DNA of 64,000 nt, taken from a virus (taxonomy: Duplodnaviria > Heunggongvirae > Uroviricota > Caudoviricetes). The position numbers and the translations under genes were made by a program. The stretch is from the IMG/VR virus record IMGVR_UViG_3300042934_000563; one strand, 5' to 3'. Below are positions 34,879-44,063 of the stretch, piece after piece. The notes beneath the pieces are model-generated. The model did no database searches. It was given only the letters and a program-made list of their open reading frames with translations, and was not told the origin of the DNA. Within the stretch, counting starts at the first letter, position 1. Each line of letters opens with the position of its first letter.

Positions 34879-35361
34879 TCACTCTTTCCGCTGAATAGGG
34901 CCGTAGTACCAGAGCACTTCTCTGGTCGGCGTAGTCGGGAAGGTCACATAAATGCGGTATTTGTACCCGTGTGGGACTACGTCAGTTTCAGCGGACTGAG
35001 CGGTGAATCGGATGCTGGCGGCGGATACGGTTCCGGGCCAGGAGGTGACGGTGGCGTTGGTTGAGGGGTTGACGATGGCTAGGCGCGCGGTGGTGCCTTC
35101 GGGGATCTGGACGTTGCCGTCGGGCGTGATGTCCTGGTCGAAGTCGGCTTCTTTGGAGAGGGTGAGGGGGTTGTAGATCGGCTGGTTACCGAACGGTTGC
35201 ATGGTGTCCCCTGTCCCTGGCACGTAGTGGCCGTATCCGGCTTCAATCAACAATTGGATATGCACGGTGTACGCGAGAGGGGTTATCTCTCCTGCGAGTC
35301 CGTAGACGGTGCCTACGTCCCATTGGACGTAGACAGTGTCGCCTACGGTCAGTGCTGCCAT
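34879..35361 (-). CDS. tail protein sharing its N-terminal domain with the SGNH hydrolase at 8630
   Basis: N-terminus 'MAALTVGDTVYVQWDVGTVYGLAGEITPLAYTVHIQLLIEAGYG' aligns with 'MAQLGDYVYVYWVVGTQYGDAGKVTGEEYTTHLAELIESGYG' of 8630..10207. Confidence 0.55.
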   Translation of the reverse strand: MAALTVGDTVYVQWDVGTVYGLAGEITPLAYTVHIQLLIEAGYGHYVPGTGDTMQPFGNQPIYNPLTLSKEADFDQDITPDGNVQIPEGTTARLAIVNPSTNATVTSWPGTVSAASIRFTAQSAETDVVPHGYKYRIYVTFPTTPTREVLWYYGPIQRKE

Positions 35362-35439
35362 GGGGTACAGGTTAGCAGTGCGAACGACCTTAGACCCGCA
35401 CCAATTCGGTGCGGGTCCAGGGGTTATGCCGGTTAGTTG

Positions 35440-35877
35440 TTAGATGTCCTCGGCTGTGAGGGGATACTTGATGCGCCGTTCGGGGTGTTCGTCGAAAAAT
35501 TCGGGGTTGGCGTCATGGACCATGGGGTCGTTGGAGGCGAGGATTTCCTCGGTTTCCAGGTCGAAGAACGTGGTGTATTCGCCGTCTTTGAACACTCGTT
35601 CGGGGTACATCATGGCGTAGTACGCTTTGGCGCGTTGCATCTCGACTCGTCCGCTCCACTCTCGCTGGCGGCGGGCGTGGATGAGGTAGAGGGCGATGAA
35701 GTGGAGCGCGGTGTAGACCAGCGTGTAGATAGGTATGCCGGTCCAGATGCGTTCGGCGAGGTTGAGGTCGTCCAGGTCGTAGATGCTGGATCGGATGCCG
35801 ATGGCGATGGCTGCGAGGATGAGGCAGAACACAGCTCCTCGTAGTCGCGCGCTCTGGTCCATCGTTCCGCCTACCAT
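35440..35877 (-). CDS. hypothetical membrane protein
   Basis: 145 aa with two predicted TM segments. Confidence 0.45.
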   Translation of the reverse strand: MVGGTMDQSARLRGAVFCLILAAIAIGIRSSIYDLDDLNLAERIWTGIPIYTLVYTALHFIALYLIHARRQREWSGRVEMQRAKAYYAMMYPERVFKDGEYTTFFDLETEEILASNDPMVHDANPEFFDEHPERRIKYPLTAEDI

Positions 35878-36845
35878 TCGTATCTCCTGCCGTGTTTCTG
35901 CTGTTCCAGCGTGATCTCCTCGGCCAGGTCTTCCAGCTGTTGCCGGTGTTGTGCGGATGACTCTCCTCGGGCTTCGGCGACGGTGCCTTGTTCGATGATG
36001 ATGCCTACCTGGTGGAGGAGCCAGCTGAGCCGGTCGGCGAGGTAGCCTCCGCTAGCCTCCTGGAGGGTGGCCTTGAAGTCTTCCCGCTCCAGCTCTGCCA
36101 GATGGTCTACCTGCGCTTTCAAGTCTGCAACCTGTCGCTGGTGTGCAGAGATGATGTCGACGTTGCGTTGCCGGTCCTCGGCGCTGGTGGCGTTGGGGAT
36201 GACTCCGGGGGGTGGGGTAGCTGCGGGCCGCTCGGTGCTCGGGGTGGCGGCTACCTTGGCGACGTTCTCGAAGCTCTCGGCGAACGTGTGGTATTCGGTG
36301 GTTTCCTCCTCCCAGCGCTGCATGTACTTGGTTTTGCGCTCGGTGTGGGTGGTTTTGACTGTCTTGGGTTTCTTCGGTGGTTTCGGTTTGGTGCTTCCCG
36401 ATGAGCCCCAATCCTGGAAGGTCGGCGCGGGGACGGGCGTTCCTGGTGGGGCCATCTCGCGGAGTAGTTCTGTCAGCTCCAGCTGTGTTGCGTAGTCGCA
36501 CGCGGCGGCTAGGCGGCGCTGTTCCTGCGCCCATGCGCCCTCACGGCGTAGGCGCTTGTTCAGGTGGGCGAACAGTAGGCCCATGGCGAGGAGTAGGCCG
36601 AACACGATGAGTCCAGCTATGGGTGTTCCGGTGGCGATGGATGCCACCAGGCAGAGCACACCGAAGACGGGGAGTCCGACGGTGAGCCCTGCGGTGATTC
36701 CGATGAACAGGCGGTCGGACTTGCTGGGGAGGATGCTTCGGGCGGCGGGGAGCTGGGTGTTGTCGGTGGTGAGGGTGAACGCGTCGGCGGGTACCAGGAC
36801 GCCCGGTCCGGGTCGATATGCCAGGTCGCGGCTGTTAGGTGCCAT
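35871..36845 (-). CDS. hypothetical membrane protein with coiled-coil C-terminus
   Basis: 324 aa with two TM segments and a charged helical tail. Confidence 0.45.
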   Translation of the reverse strand: MAPNSRDLAYRPGPGVLVPADAFTLTTDNTQLPAARSILPSKSDRLFIGITAGLTVGLPVFGVLCLVASIATGTPIAGLIVFGLLLAMGLLFAHLNKRLRREGAWAQEQRRLAAACDYATQLELTELLREMAPPGTPVPAPTFQDWGSSGSTKPKPPKKPKTVKTTHTERKTKYMQRWEEETTEYHTFAESFENVAKVAATPSTERPAATPPPGVIPNATSAEDRQRNVDIISAHQRQVADLKAQVDHLAELEREDFKATLQEASGGYLADRLSWLLHQVGIIIEQGTVAEARGESSAQHRQQLEDLAEEITLEQQKHGRRYEW

Positions 36846-37275
36846 CGCTTGTGCCCTTCTTGTTGTGGATCCTGTTGTACGTGACGCCGTCGACTTGCTT
36901 GTCGATGTCTTCGCGGCGGAGGTAGACGATATGTCCGGGTCCGGCGTAGGCGGGGAGGTCTTGGCGCTCGCGGATCCGTCCGATTGTGCGTTTGGTGACG
37001 CCTAGTTGTTCGGCTGCGGCGTCGACGCTGATGAGGTCGGGGGTGACCTCGACTACTGCCATCTTCTCGACTTCGTCGCGGTAGTAGTAGCGGGTGTGTT
37101 TACGACCGGACTTGCGGGCATTCATCGCGGCTAGGACTGACTTGTTGTTGCCGGATTTGATGATGTTGTTGAGTGCCCAGTTTCGGATGGTCTGGTGTGT
37201 CACTCCTGCCAGTTCGGCAGCTTCGTTCAGTCCTACGACGTTGGCTAGGCTGTCGCGCTGCTGGGTGCTTGTCAT
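36835..37275 (-). CDS. DNA-binding protein with two MerR/excisionase-type HTH motifs
   Basis: 'AAELAGVTHQTIRNWAL' and 'AAEQLGVTKRTIGRIRERQDLP'. Confidence 0.55.
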   Translation of the reverse strand: MTSTQQRDSLANVVGLNEAAELAGVTHQTIRNWALNNIIKSGNNKSVLAAMNARKSGRKHTRYYYRDEVEKMAVVEVTPDLISVDAAAEQLGVTKRTIGRIRERQDLPAYAGPGHIVYLRREDIDKQVDGVTYNRIHNKKGTSDGT

Positions 37276-37338
37276 GGGTTTCTCTCTTTCAGAGTGTCGG
37301 TGTTGCGTGGGGGCGGCTGTCCGCCCCCACCGGAAACG

Positions 37339-37602
37339 TCAGATGTCGCCTAGGGCGATATGCAGGGCGAACGCCATAGATGTCAGTGAGCGGTAGATGT
37401 CCGACTTGGATAGTCCGAGGTTGCGGTGTTCTCCGGCGCGCACTTGGAGGGTGGTGGGGAGGTTGGCGCTCGGCTTGCCGAAGACAACTTCGCAGATAAT
37501 GCGGCCACGCTTGTCGGCTCCGGCGCGCATCATGAGCTGTCGGACATCGTTAGCGGCGTTCAGGATCTGGTCCCGGCTGGGGGATTTGGTGATGGTGTCC
37601 AT
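37339..37602 (-). CDS. hypothetical protein
   Basis: 87-aa ORF preceded by the variant motif TTGTGCTAATCTTAGAC at 37633..37649 (minus-strand orientation). Confidence 0.4.
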   Translation of the reverse strand: MDTITKSPSRDQILNAANDVRQLMMRAGADKRGRIICEVVFGKPSANLPTTLQVRAGEHRNLGLSKSDIYRSLTSMAFALHIALGDI

Positions 37603-37666
37603 GGGGCTCCTTTGGTTGGGTGTGTGGTGCTTTGTCTAAGATTAGCACAAGTGCATCGGTGTGCAA

Positions 37667-37696
37667 ATACGCGGACAGCCCGTCTCGTCGGAGGCG
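37667..37696 (-). terminator. 9-bp perfect-stem hairpin GACAGCCCG...CGGGCTGTC
   Basis: Downstream of the 637-aa gene and upstream of the 37633 promoter motif. Confidence 0.5.
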
Positions 37697-37802
37697 GGCT
37701 GTCTCGGTTGTTCGGTTGTATTTCCGCTGATTACGCGGTGGGCGGGCGCTGCTGCCTTGCCGTAGTTGGTCTCGGCGTCTCCACTCGGCTAGGCCGGTGC
37801 GT

Positions 37803-39716
37803 TCATCCGTCGACTTCTTCGGTTTCGGCGTCGATGACTTCGCCGTAGTCACTGATCTCTCCGTTTTCTCGGTCGGTTTCGATGGCTTGCTGGGTGGATG
37901 AGTCTAGCCCGGAGAGGCCCATGATTCGCTCGCGGACGGACTGGCTGGCGGATTTCACGTTCTTGTCCCGTTCGGACAGGTTGACGTTGAGGTCCTTGGA
38001 CTCGTTCAGTCCGATTCGGTTGAGGATCTGCTCTGCGGCGCGGAGGCGGACGGCGTCGTTGCTGCTGCGGAGCATGAGGTCGATCATGACTTCGGTGGCT
38101 TTGCTGCCTCCGGCGAACAGTTTCTGCTGGGAGGCGCGGACCAGGGATTGGGTTTCCTCGGGGGAGAGGTATGTGCCGCCGTGGCGCTCGCAGTAGCCGC
38201 TACCGCCGATGGATTTGCCGTAGCAGGGGTAGGCGGTGCTCAGGCCGGTTTCGCTGTTGATGTGGACATTCTGGTGGCGGCACTGCATGTCCTCCATGGG
38301 CATCCCGGAGGGGGTGATGACGGGCCGGACATCTACGTCGACGCCGATTTCCTCCAGGATCTGGTCTGCGGTGTAGGTGACGAATTTGTCGGCGTCGTGG
38401 AGGTTGAGCTTTTTGCCGTCGGCTTTGGCGATGGCTGCGGCGGCTACCGCTACTTCGTTGACTTCGGGGGCCGTTTCTGGCATCGCTCCTCGGGCCACTA
38501 GTCCAGCTCCGTAGCCTTCGTGGAGTGCGGAGCGGGCCTCCTCGAAGTCGCGGATGCTGAGCGGGCAGGTCTCGAACGCTTCCCATGCGAGGGAGCTGCC
38601 CTCCAGGATCGACTTGCTGAATCCGGCGCGGCTGGCAGCGAGGAACGCTGTCACGTCCGAGTGGACATCCTTCGGCATGATGGGCTTGCCGACCCATACC
38701 CCCTCGGGGCCTCCGGTGAGGACCATCTGTGCGAATGGCCGGATTTTGCGGGCGAGGGTGCGGGCCGCTTTCAGTGCTGCCAGGTCGGGGTCCTTGCGGA
38801 CGCGTTCGGCGTCGCCGGTTACGGACTTGGTGCCGACGCGGAGGGTGTTTTCGGGGGTCACTCCGATCATGGCGAGGACGAACGTGTTTTTGTCGTTGGC
38901 GGCGATCCACAAGAACTGTCGGTAGCTCGGGCGGCGGTGGAGGTTGCGGCGTAGGGGCAGTTCAGCGTCGGTGAGGTCTTCTCCGGTGTCGATGTCGACG
39001 ACGTTGCCGGGGTATCGGGTGGCGGAGGAGATGGCGGGCGCATATGTCGCGGCGGACAACTTGTCGAATAAGGGTTGTGGGTCTTGGCCGTGGGCTGCCT
39101 GGTGGTATTCGGTGGCTATGCGGACGGCTTCGGTGATTCCGAGGGGTAGGGCGGTGACGGTGCTGCCTTTGACGGTGTCGCGCTCGTCGCCGAACAGGTA
39201 TTGCTGGACGGGGGAGAGGCGTCCGGTGGGTTTGGCGCGCTCCAGCTCCTCGGCGTCTTCCATGGCGGCGAGGGTGGTGGATCCGAGGGGGGTGATGGTG
39301 ACTTCGTGTCCGTCGAAGGTGACTAGGCGGCAGTAGTCCAGCATCCGCACGATGGCGGCGACGCGGTCTTCGTTCTGCTCGAAGTAGGTGCAGAACTCGC
39401 GGAGGGTGTCGGGCCAGGTTTCGACGGGGGTGTCTTCCAGCTCGGGGACATCGTCGTCGTCGTCGCTGTCGGGGTCTTTCGCTTTGCGGTTGACCTTGGG
39501 GGTGGGTTTGGGTGCGGGGGGCGTCCACTGGAGTCCTGCGGGGCCTCCGGGGATACCGCCTTCGTGGTTCCAGTCTTTCAGGGTGGCGGCGATGCCGCTG
39601 GTGGTCATGCCGGGGGTGCCGTCCAATAGCGAGAGGACCGCCCCGGCTGTGAAGTTCAGCCGGTAGCGGTCCCCTCGGAAGGTAGAGACTGGCGGGTGCG
39701 GAAAGAGTGTGGTCAC
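37803..39716 (-). CDS. large hypothetical protein with C-terminal Cys/His cluster (possible replication-associated or DNA-binding protein)
   Basis: 637 aa. Poly-Asp linker. 'CRHQNVHINSETGLSTAYPCYGKSIGGSGYCERHG' zinc-finger-like cluster. No Walker A seen. Confidence 0.5.
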   Translation of the reverse strand: MTTLFPHPPVSTFRGDRYRLNFTAGAVLSLLDGTPGMTTSGIAATLKDWNHEGGIPGGPAGLQWTPPAPKPTPKVNRKAKDPDSDDDDDVPELEDTPVETWPDTLREFCTYFEQNEDRVAAIVRMLDYCRLVTFDGHEVTITPLGSTTLAAMEDAEELERAKPTGRLSPVQQYLFGDERDTVKGSTVTALPLGITEAVRIATEYHQAAHGQDPQPLFDKLSAATYAPAISSATRYPGNVVDIDTGEDLTDAELPLRRNLHRRPSYRQFLWIAANDKNTFVLAMIGVTPENTLRVGTKSVTGDAERVRKDPDLAALKAARTLARKIRPFAQMVLTGGPEGVWVGKPIMPKDVHSDVTAFLAASRAGFSKSILEGSSLAWEAFETCPLSIRDFEEARSALHEGYGAGLVARGAMPETAPEVNEVAVAAAAIAKADGKKLNLHDADKFVTYTADQILEEIGVDVDVRPVITPSGMPMEDMQCRHQNVHINSETGLSTAYPCYGKSIGGSGYCERHGGTYLSPEETQSLVRASQQKLFAGGSKATEVMIDLMLRSSNDAVRLRAAEQILNRIGLNESKDLNVNLSERDKNVKSASQSVRERIMGLSGLDSSTQQAIETDRENGEISDYGEVIDAETEEVDG

Positions 39717-39912
39717 GGGGTCGCGTCCTTAGGTGCTGGTCAGGTGCTTTCCGTGGAGTCTATCGGTGGCGTCGGATACGTCCACCTTCCAGCGACCAAT
39801 ACCATTCCCAGCTCTGCGGGTGGGATGCACTTGTTCCGTTTCCGATCTCGGTGTGCGTCGAACCCTCGTAGCGCCGTGAATTTTTCCTTACACACGCTGC
39901 ATTGCATTGTCT

Positions 39913-40383
39913 CTAGTCGTCCTCGTCCTCGGCGTCGGGCGCTGCCTCCGGCCACTCTGCGGGCCAGATTCCACGGTTGAGGTTGTCACGGACCGTGATG
40001 TGGGCGTTAATCGCTTCGTCGCGGCTGCGGTGACGCTGCATCCAGTTGGACATGGGGTGCGGCTGCTGGTCCTCGATGGTGCGGGCGAAGATCATCGTTT
40101 CGTAGATGTACGGGTCCGGCTCTCCGAGCTTGGAGGGCCACATGCGGAGCCCTACCCACACGGTGGAGACGTAGATTTCCACGTCGGGGAGGAGGACTAG
40201 GTCCTTACCGAGTAGCCATTCGGTGGGGTTTTCTCCGTCCTTGGCTTCGGTGAGTTCCGACCAGCGCTCCAGGGTGCAGGCGTTGCCGTCGTAGTCGTAG
40301 AAGTCAGAAGAGGGTGGGGTCGACTCCGACGATGCTGTCGATCCCGAAGTTGGGGCTGCTGATGTGTCGGTCATTGGGTTCAT
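39913..40383 (-). CDS. hypothetical protein
   Basis: 156-aa ORF. Confidence 0.4.
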   Translation of the reverse strand: MNPMTDTSAAPTSGSTASSESTPPSSDFYDYDGNACTLERWSELTEAKDGENPTEWLLGKDLVLLPDVEIYVSTVWVGLRMWPSKLGEPDPYIYETMIFARTIEDQQPHPMSNWMQRHRSRDEAINAHITVRDNLNRGIWPAEWPEAAPDAEDEDD

Positions 40384-41074
40384 CCTTCTCTGTGGGGGTT
40401 GGCGCTTCGGTGTCGGAAGGTACCGACACCAGCTTCGGGGGTGTCCAGATGGACGTTGGTTCTGTTTCGCGTGCGGTCTCTACTTGGTAGTTGAGCCCTT
40501 CGGGTAGCTGGTCGATGTCGGCGTCTGCGTAATCTTCCACTACCTGCGCTTTCAGGGACGCGGCGGCGATGCTGTCGTCGTGTCGCTGTTTGCGGATCTC
40601 GTAGTCGTCGGCGGGGTCTGTGTGGTCTCCTGTCATGGCTCGGGCGCGCTGCTCTCCGTCGTCTTCGTCGTCTTCGGGCCCTACGTAGCTGTCCCGTGCG
40701 CGGCGGATGCTCGCTGCAACGTCCTCGGGGGTGACGTTGTTGACAACGATGGTGGGGGATCCGACGGTTGTGAAGGTGGAGGAGGGGCCGAAGTCCGGGC
40801 GTCCGAGGCTGTCCATGACGGCGGCTACGCCGATTCGGACGGCTTCCAGGTTGATGTCGGCGTCCGGGTCCATGTCGCTATTTGCGATGGCGTGCATAGC
40901 TGTCCGGTAGGCGTTCTCGTTGACCTGTGCGCGTTCGGTGGCTGCTCGGTAGCGGTCGGATAGGGCGATGGCTACGTCTGCGTTGTTGGGATTGTGTGCG
41001 GTGATGGCGACGCACACGTGGGCGAATTGTTCGGGGGTGAGGGTGGCGAGGATGTCGTCTGTGGTCGTGGTCAT
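40304..41074 (-). CDS. hypothetical acidic protein
   Basis: 256-aa ORF. Confidence 0.45.
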   Translation of the reverse strand: MTTTTDDILATLTPEQFAHVCVAITAHNPNNADVAIALSDRYRAATERAQVNENAYRTAMHAIANSDMDPDADINLEAVRIGVAAVMDSLGRPDFGPSSTFTTVGSPTIVVNNVTPEDVAASIRRARDSYVGPEDDEDDGEQRARAMTGDHTDPADDYEIRKQRHDDSIAAASLKAQVVEDYADADIDQLPEGLNYQVETARETEPTSIWTPPKLVSVPSDTEAPTPTEKDEPNDRHISSPNFGIDSIVGVDPTLF

Positions 41075-41352
41075 GGCTTCCCGTTTCGTTGTATGAGGGT
41101 CCAGTCCGGGTGGTCCAGGTTGGAGAGGAGGGTTTGGCCGGACTCGGTGTGCATGATCGTATAACGACGCATCTCGCGGGCGGGGGGTGTGTGGACAGCG
41201 GTGACCAGGTAGGCGTGGTCTCGGTAGGCGATGAGGTCACCGAGTTCTGCGTCTCCGGTTACGGGCTGTCCGATGGGGTTCATGGTGGGCTCCTGAGTGG
41301 GTGTTGGTGCTGGTGTGGACTCTACCCTAGGTGGTGTCCGGGTGTTGCGCAA
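41071..41352 (-). CDS. hypothetical protein
   Basis: 93-aa ORF, ATGA overlap. Confidence 0.4.
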   Translation of the reverse strand: MRNTRTPPRVESTPAPTPTQEPTMNPIGQPVTGDAELGDLIAYRDHAYLVTAVHTPPAREMRRYTIMHTESGQTLLSNLDHPDWTLIQRNGKP

Positions 41353-41394
41353 GTCCGCCCCTGGGGGCCTGGTCAGGGGCGGACTGAGCGCGGT

Positions 41395-41877
41395 TTAGAC
41401 CGTCGGGCCCTCGTCTGCGTTGGCAGGCTTTGCCGACTTACGGCCTCGGGCGTTGCTAGTTGCAATTTCCGGGTCCGTGGCCGGGGTCTCTACCTCGACA
41501 GGGGTTTCCGGGGTCTCCGGTACCTCCGGGGTGGAGGGTTCGGTCGGTTCTACGGGCTGCTCCGGTGCATCCGGGTCCTCTGCGTCGATCTCGTCCGGGA
41601 CGATGGCGTCCAGGGCCTCGGCGACCAGTCCGAGAGAGGCCAGCTTGTCCTGGACAGGTCCGAAGTCCAGTTCCTCGGGGGCCTGGTTCTTGAGCTGGTC
41701 GATCTTGACGGATACCTCGTTGAGTCCCTTGGCGAACTGTCCCGAGATGGCTCCGAGCTGCGTAGCGATGACGTTCAGCTTTTCCTGGTTGGACATGATG
41801 GCCTTTCTGATTAGCCGACTGGCGATGAGGTTCGTTACCAGGGTGGCGGTGACGAACGTGAGGATGTACCAGAGCAT
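41395..41877 (-). CDS. membrane-anchored coiled-coil protein
   Basis: Internal start MLWYILTFVTATLVTNLIASRLI of track frame 41395..41973, with GGAGGG SD. Acidic Pro/Glu-rich tail. Confidence 0.45.
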   Translation of the reverse strand: MLWYILTFVTATLVTNLIASRLIRKAIMSNQEKLNVIATQLGAISGQFAKGLNEVSVKIDQLKNQAPEELDFGPVQDKLASLGLVAEALDAIVPDEIDAEDPDAPEQPVEPTEPSTPEVPETPETPVEVETPATDPEIATSNARGRKSAKPANADEGPTV

Positions 41878-41908
41878 TGGGTGTCCCTCCTGCGTGGCGG
41901 GCCCGAGT

Positions 41909-42241
41909 CTACTCGTCCTCGATGTCTTCGTGGTCTCCGTCGTGGGCGATGTAAACGTGCCAGACCAGCCCATTTGCCTGGACTGTCCCGAGGTACATGT
42001 GCGCGCCCTCGGGCATCGGGTTGCCGGTGCCGACGACGAACACTTCCACGGGCAGCGTGGACAGTTCGAGGTCTACCTCTGCCCACAAGCACAGGACACT
42101 GTTCTGGAATGCAACGTGCAGTACGGCGGCGCATGGGGCGTCGGTGGGGATGTAGATGGTTTGGTGATCGGCGAGGGTGAGGGGGTACTTGTGGATCCGA
42201 CGGTTTGGGTCGGTCACCAGTAGTTCGGGGTCGACGGACAT
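41909..42241 (-). CDS. hypothetical protein
   Basis: 110-aa ORF. Confidence 0.45.
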   Translation of the reverse strand: MSVDPELLVTDPNRRIHKYPLTLADHQTIYIPTDAPCAAVLHVAFQNSVLCLWAEVDLELSTLPVEVFVVGTGNPMPEGAHMYLGTVQANGLVWHVYIAHDGDHEDIEDE

Positions 42242-42249
42242 TGCACTCC

Positions 42250-42423
42250 TTAGTTGATATTTGTCATGACGAAAGTTGCGCCGATGATGATGTCCACAAC
42301 GGCGATGGCACCGATGATTGCCAGTACGGGGCGGCGTCTCGGGTGGACTCGGTCGAATACGCCTAGGGCTAGTCCGAGTCCGATGATGCCTAGGAGGATG
42401 AGGAAGAATCCGGCGAATTGCAT
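42250..42423 (-). CDS. small two-TM membrane protein (57 aa; below the ORF-track size cutoff)
   Basis: Hand-translated: MQFAGFFLILLGIIGLGLALGVFDRVHPRRRPVLAIIGAIAVVDIIIGATFVMTNIN. Confidence 0.35.
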   Translation of the reverse strand: MQFAGFFLILLGIIGLGLALGVFDRVHPRRRPVLAIIGAIAVVDIIIGATFVMTNIN

Positions 42424-42736
42424 TCGGGGTCCGTTTCGTTTCGTTGTCCGCGTCTAGCGATTCCGTGTTTGATGAGGGAGATTGACCAGGTCTTGCCGCC
42501 GATGAGTTGGGTTATCCGCATGGTCCAGTACGGTTGGTCGGGCGCTGCGGTCGCACGGTGGATCATGGCGAGGTCGGTGGTGGTGTTGGGGATGTAGTGG
42601 GCGTACCAGGGCAATTTACTCATGCTCGGGTTCCATCTCGTTGATTCTGCGGTAGAACGCGTCTCGGGTCTTTTTGTCGGCCTGTTTCAGGTTTCTCCAG
42701 TCGTCCTCGTCGGTGCCGTGGGTGCCGTTGGGTTGG

Positions 42737-43504
42737 TCAGGCATTGGCTTCGGCTTGCGCGGCGCTGGTGTCCCATAGGGCTCGGGGTGCGGTGCCGAAC
42801 ACGTGGGGGGCGTGTCCTGCGAGCTGGCTGCCGATTTCGATGGCTAGGCGGCGGATCTCGGCGTCGGCTGCGGGGTTGTCGCGCTTGATGAGGAACTCCA
42901 TCCATGCGCGGTAGTTGCCGGTGACGACGATTTTGGTTTCGGCTTCGTTGGGGAGGTGCGCGCGGGCGGCTTCTCGGGCGGCTTTGCGGCTGTATCCGAG
43001 GGCCAGTTTGCGTTGGACCTTAGAGTTGTAGAGGCGGAGCGCGGTGTCGTATGCCTCGGTGTGTTCGGTGAGCGCTTCGGGGTCCATGTCGTCGGCTGGC
43101 GGGATGACGAATGCGATGTCGCTGCTGTCGACGTAGCGCTGGCTGAGTTGGCTGTAGGAGAAGTGCCGGTGCCGGACCAGTTCGTGGGTGAGGGCTCGGG
43201 ACACTCCGGTGATGTAGAAGGTGACGCTGGCGTGTTCGAGGACTGAGTGGTGGACGTGGTCCAGGATGTTTGCGAGGTATCCGGCGTTGGTGGCGGTCGC
43301 GGGGTTGGTCTTGTTCCAGGATTGGTAGCAGGCTCTGCCGGAGAACTCGGCGAGGGCTTGGCCGTCGTAGGTGCCGTTCTCCGGGTCGATGAGTGTCATG
43401 TCGTCCGGGGTGAACAGGTAGCGGGTTTCGTCGCCGTCCAGTCCCAGGGGCGGCTCGAATATGGTGTACCCGACTAGGCGGACTTCCAGCTGCGCGGTTT
43501 TCAT
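42737..43504 (-). CDS. thyX: FAD-dependent thymidylate synthase ThyX
   Basis: ThyX signature 'RHRHFSYSQLSQRY' (RHR-x7-S) and overall length/composition. Confidence 0.85.
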   Translation of the reverse strand: MKTAQLEVRLVGYTIFEPPLGLDGDETRYLFTPDDMTLIDPENGTYDGQALAEFSGRACYQSWNKTNPATATNAGYLANILDHVHHSVLEHASVTFYITGVSRALTHELVRHRHFSYSQLSQRYVDSSDIAFVIPPADDMDPEALTEHTEAYDTALRLYNSKVQRKLALGYSRKAAREAARAHLPNEAETKIVVTGNYRAWMEFLIKRDNPAADAEIRRLAIEIGSQLAGHAPHVFGTAPRALWDTSAAQAEANA

Positions 43505-43726
43505 TCTGCGATGCCTTTCAGTAGGTGCGTGAGGGTGTCGACAACCTCGTCGTACGGCTGGTTTACGGGGTACACCCCTCCGCTCTTGGTGCGGATGACG
43601 GTGGAGTTGTCGCGGGGGCGTTCACCGATGGATTCGATGGTGCTGACTGCGAGGAGGAATCTCGGGCCGTCGTGTGGGGCGATGGTGAGGCTACCGTGCG
43701 TGTCGGTGATGTTGAGCTGGACAAAG

Positions 43727-44059
43727 TCACTCGCTAGTGGGTTCATCGGGGGCCTCCTCGGATGTCGGGTCGATGCCTTTGATGAGAACTTGCTGGAGGA
43801 GTTTGCCGGTCATCTTGAGGGCTACGCCGTCTCCGTTCTCTGCGAGGCCGTCGGCGAAATTGTCGACGAACCGGAAGATTCGGGCGTAGTTCTGGGTGCG
43901 GGCTTCCAGGGCTCGGATGTGTCCGAGGAGTGCCATGATGTCCGTGTCGCGGGTGTCGACGGGTTCGCCGTTCAGCTCGGCCAGCGCGGTCTGGAGGGCT
44001 TTCTGCTCCAGCATCTCGCGGTATTCGGGGTCCAGGATGTCGTGGTCGTTGATGGTCAT
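43727..44059 (-). CDS. hypothetical protein
   Basis: 110-aa ORF. Adjacent small ORF 43501..43746 is also plausible. Confidence 0.4.
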   Translation of the reverse strand: MTINDHDILDPEYREMLEQKALQTALAELNGEPVDTRDTDIMALLGHIRALEARTQNYARIFRFVDNFADGLAENGDGVALKMTGKLLQQVLIKGIDPTSEEAPDEPTSE

Positions 44060-44063
44060 GTGG

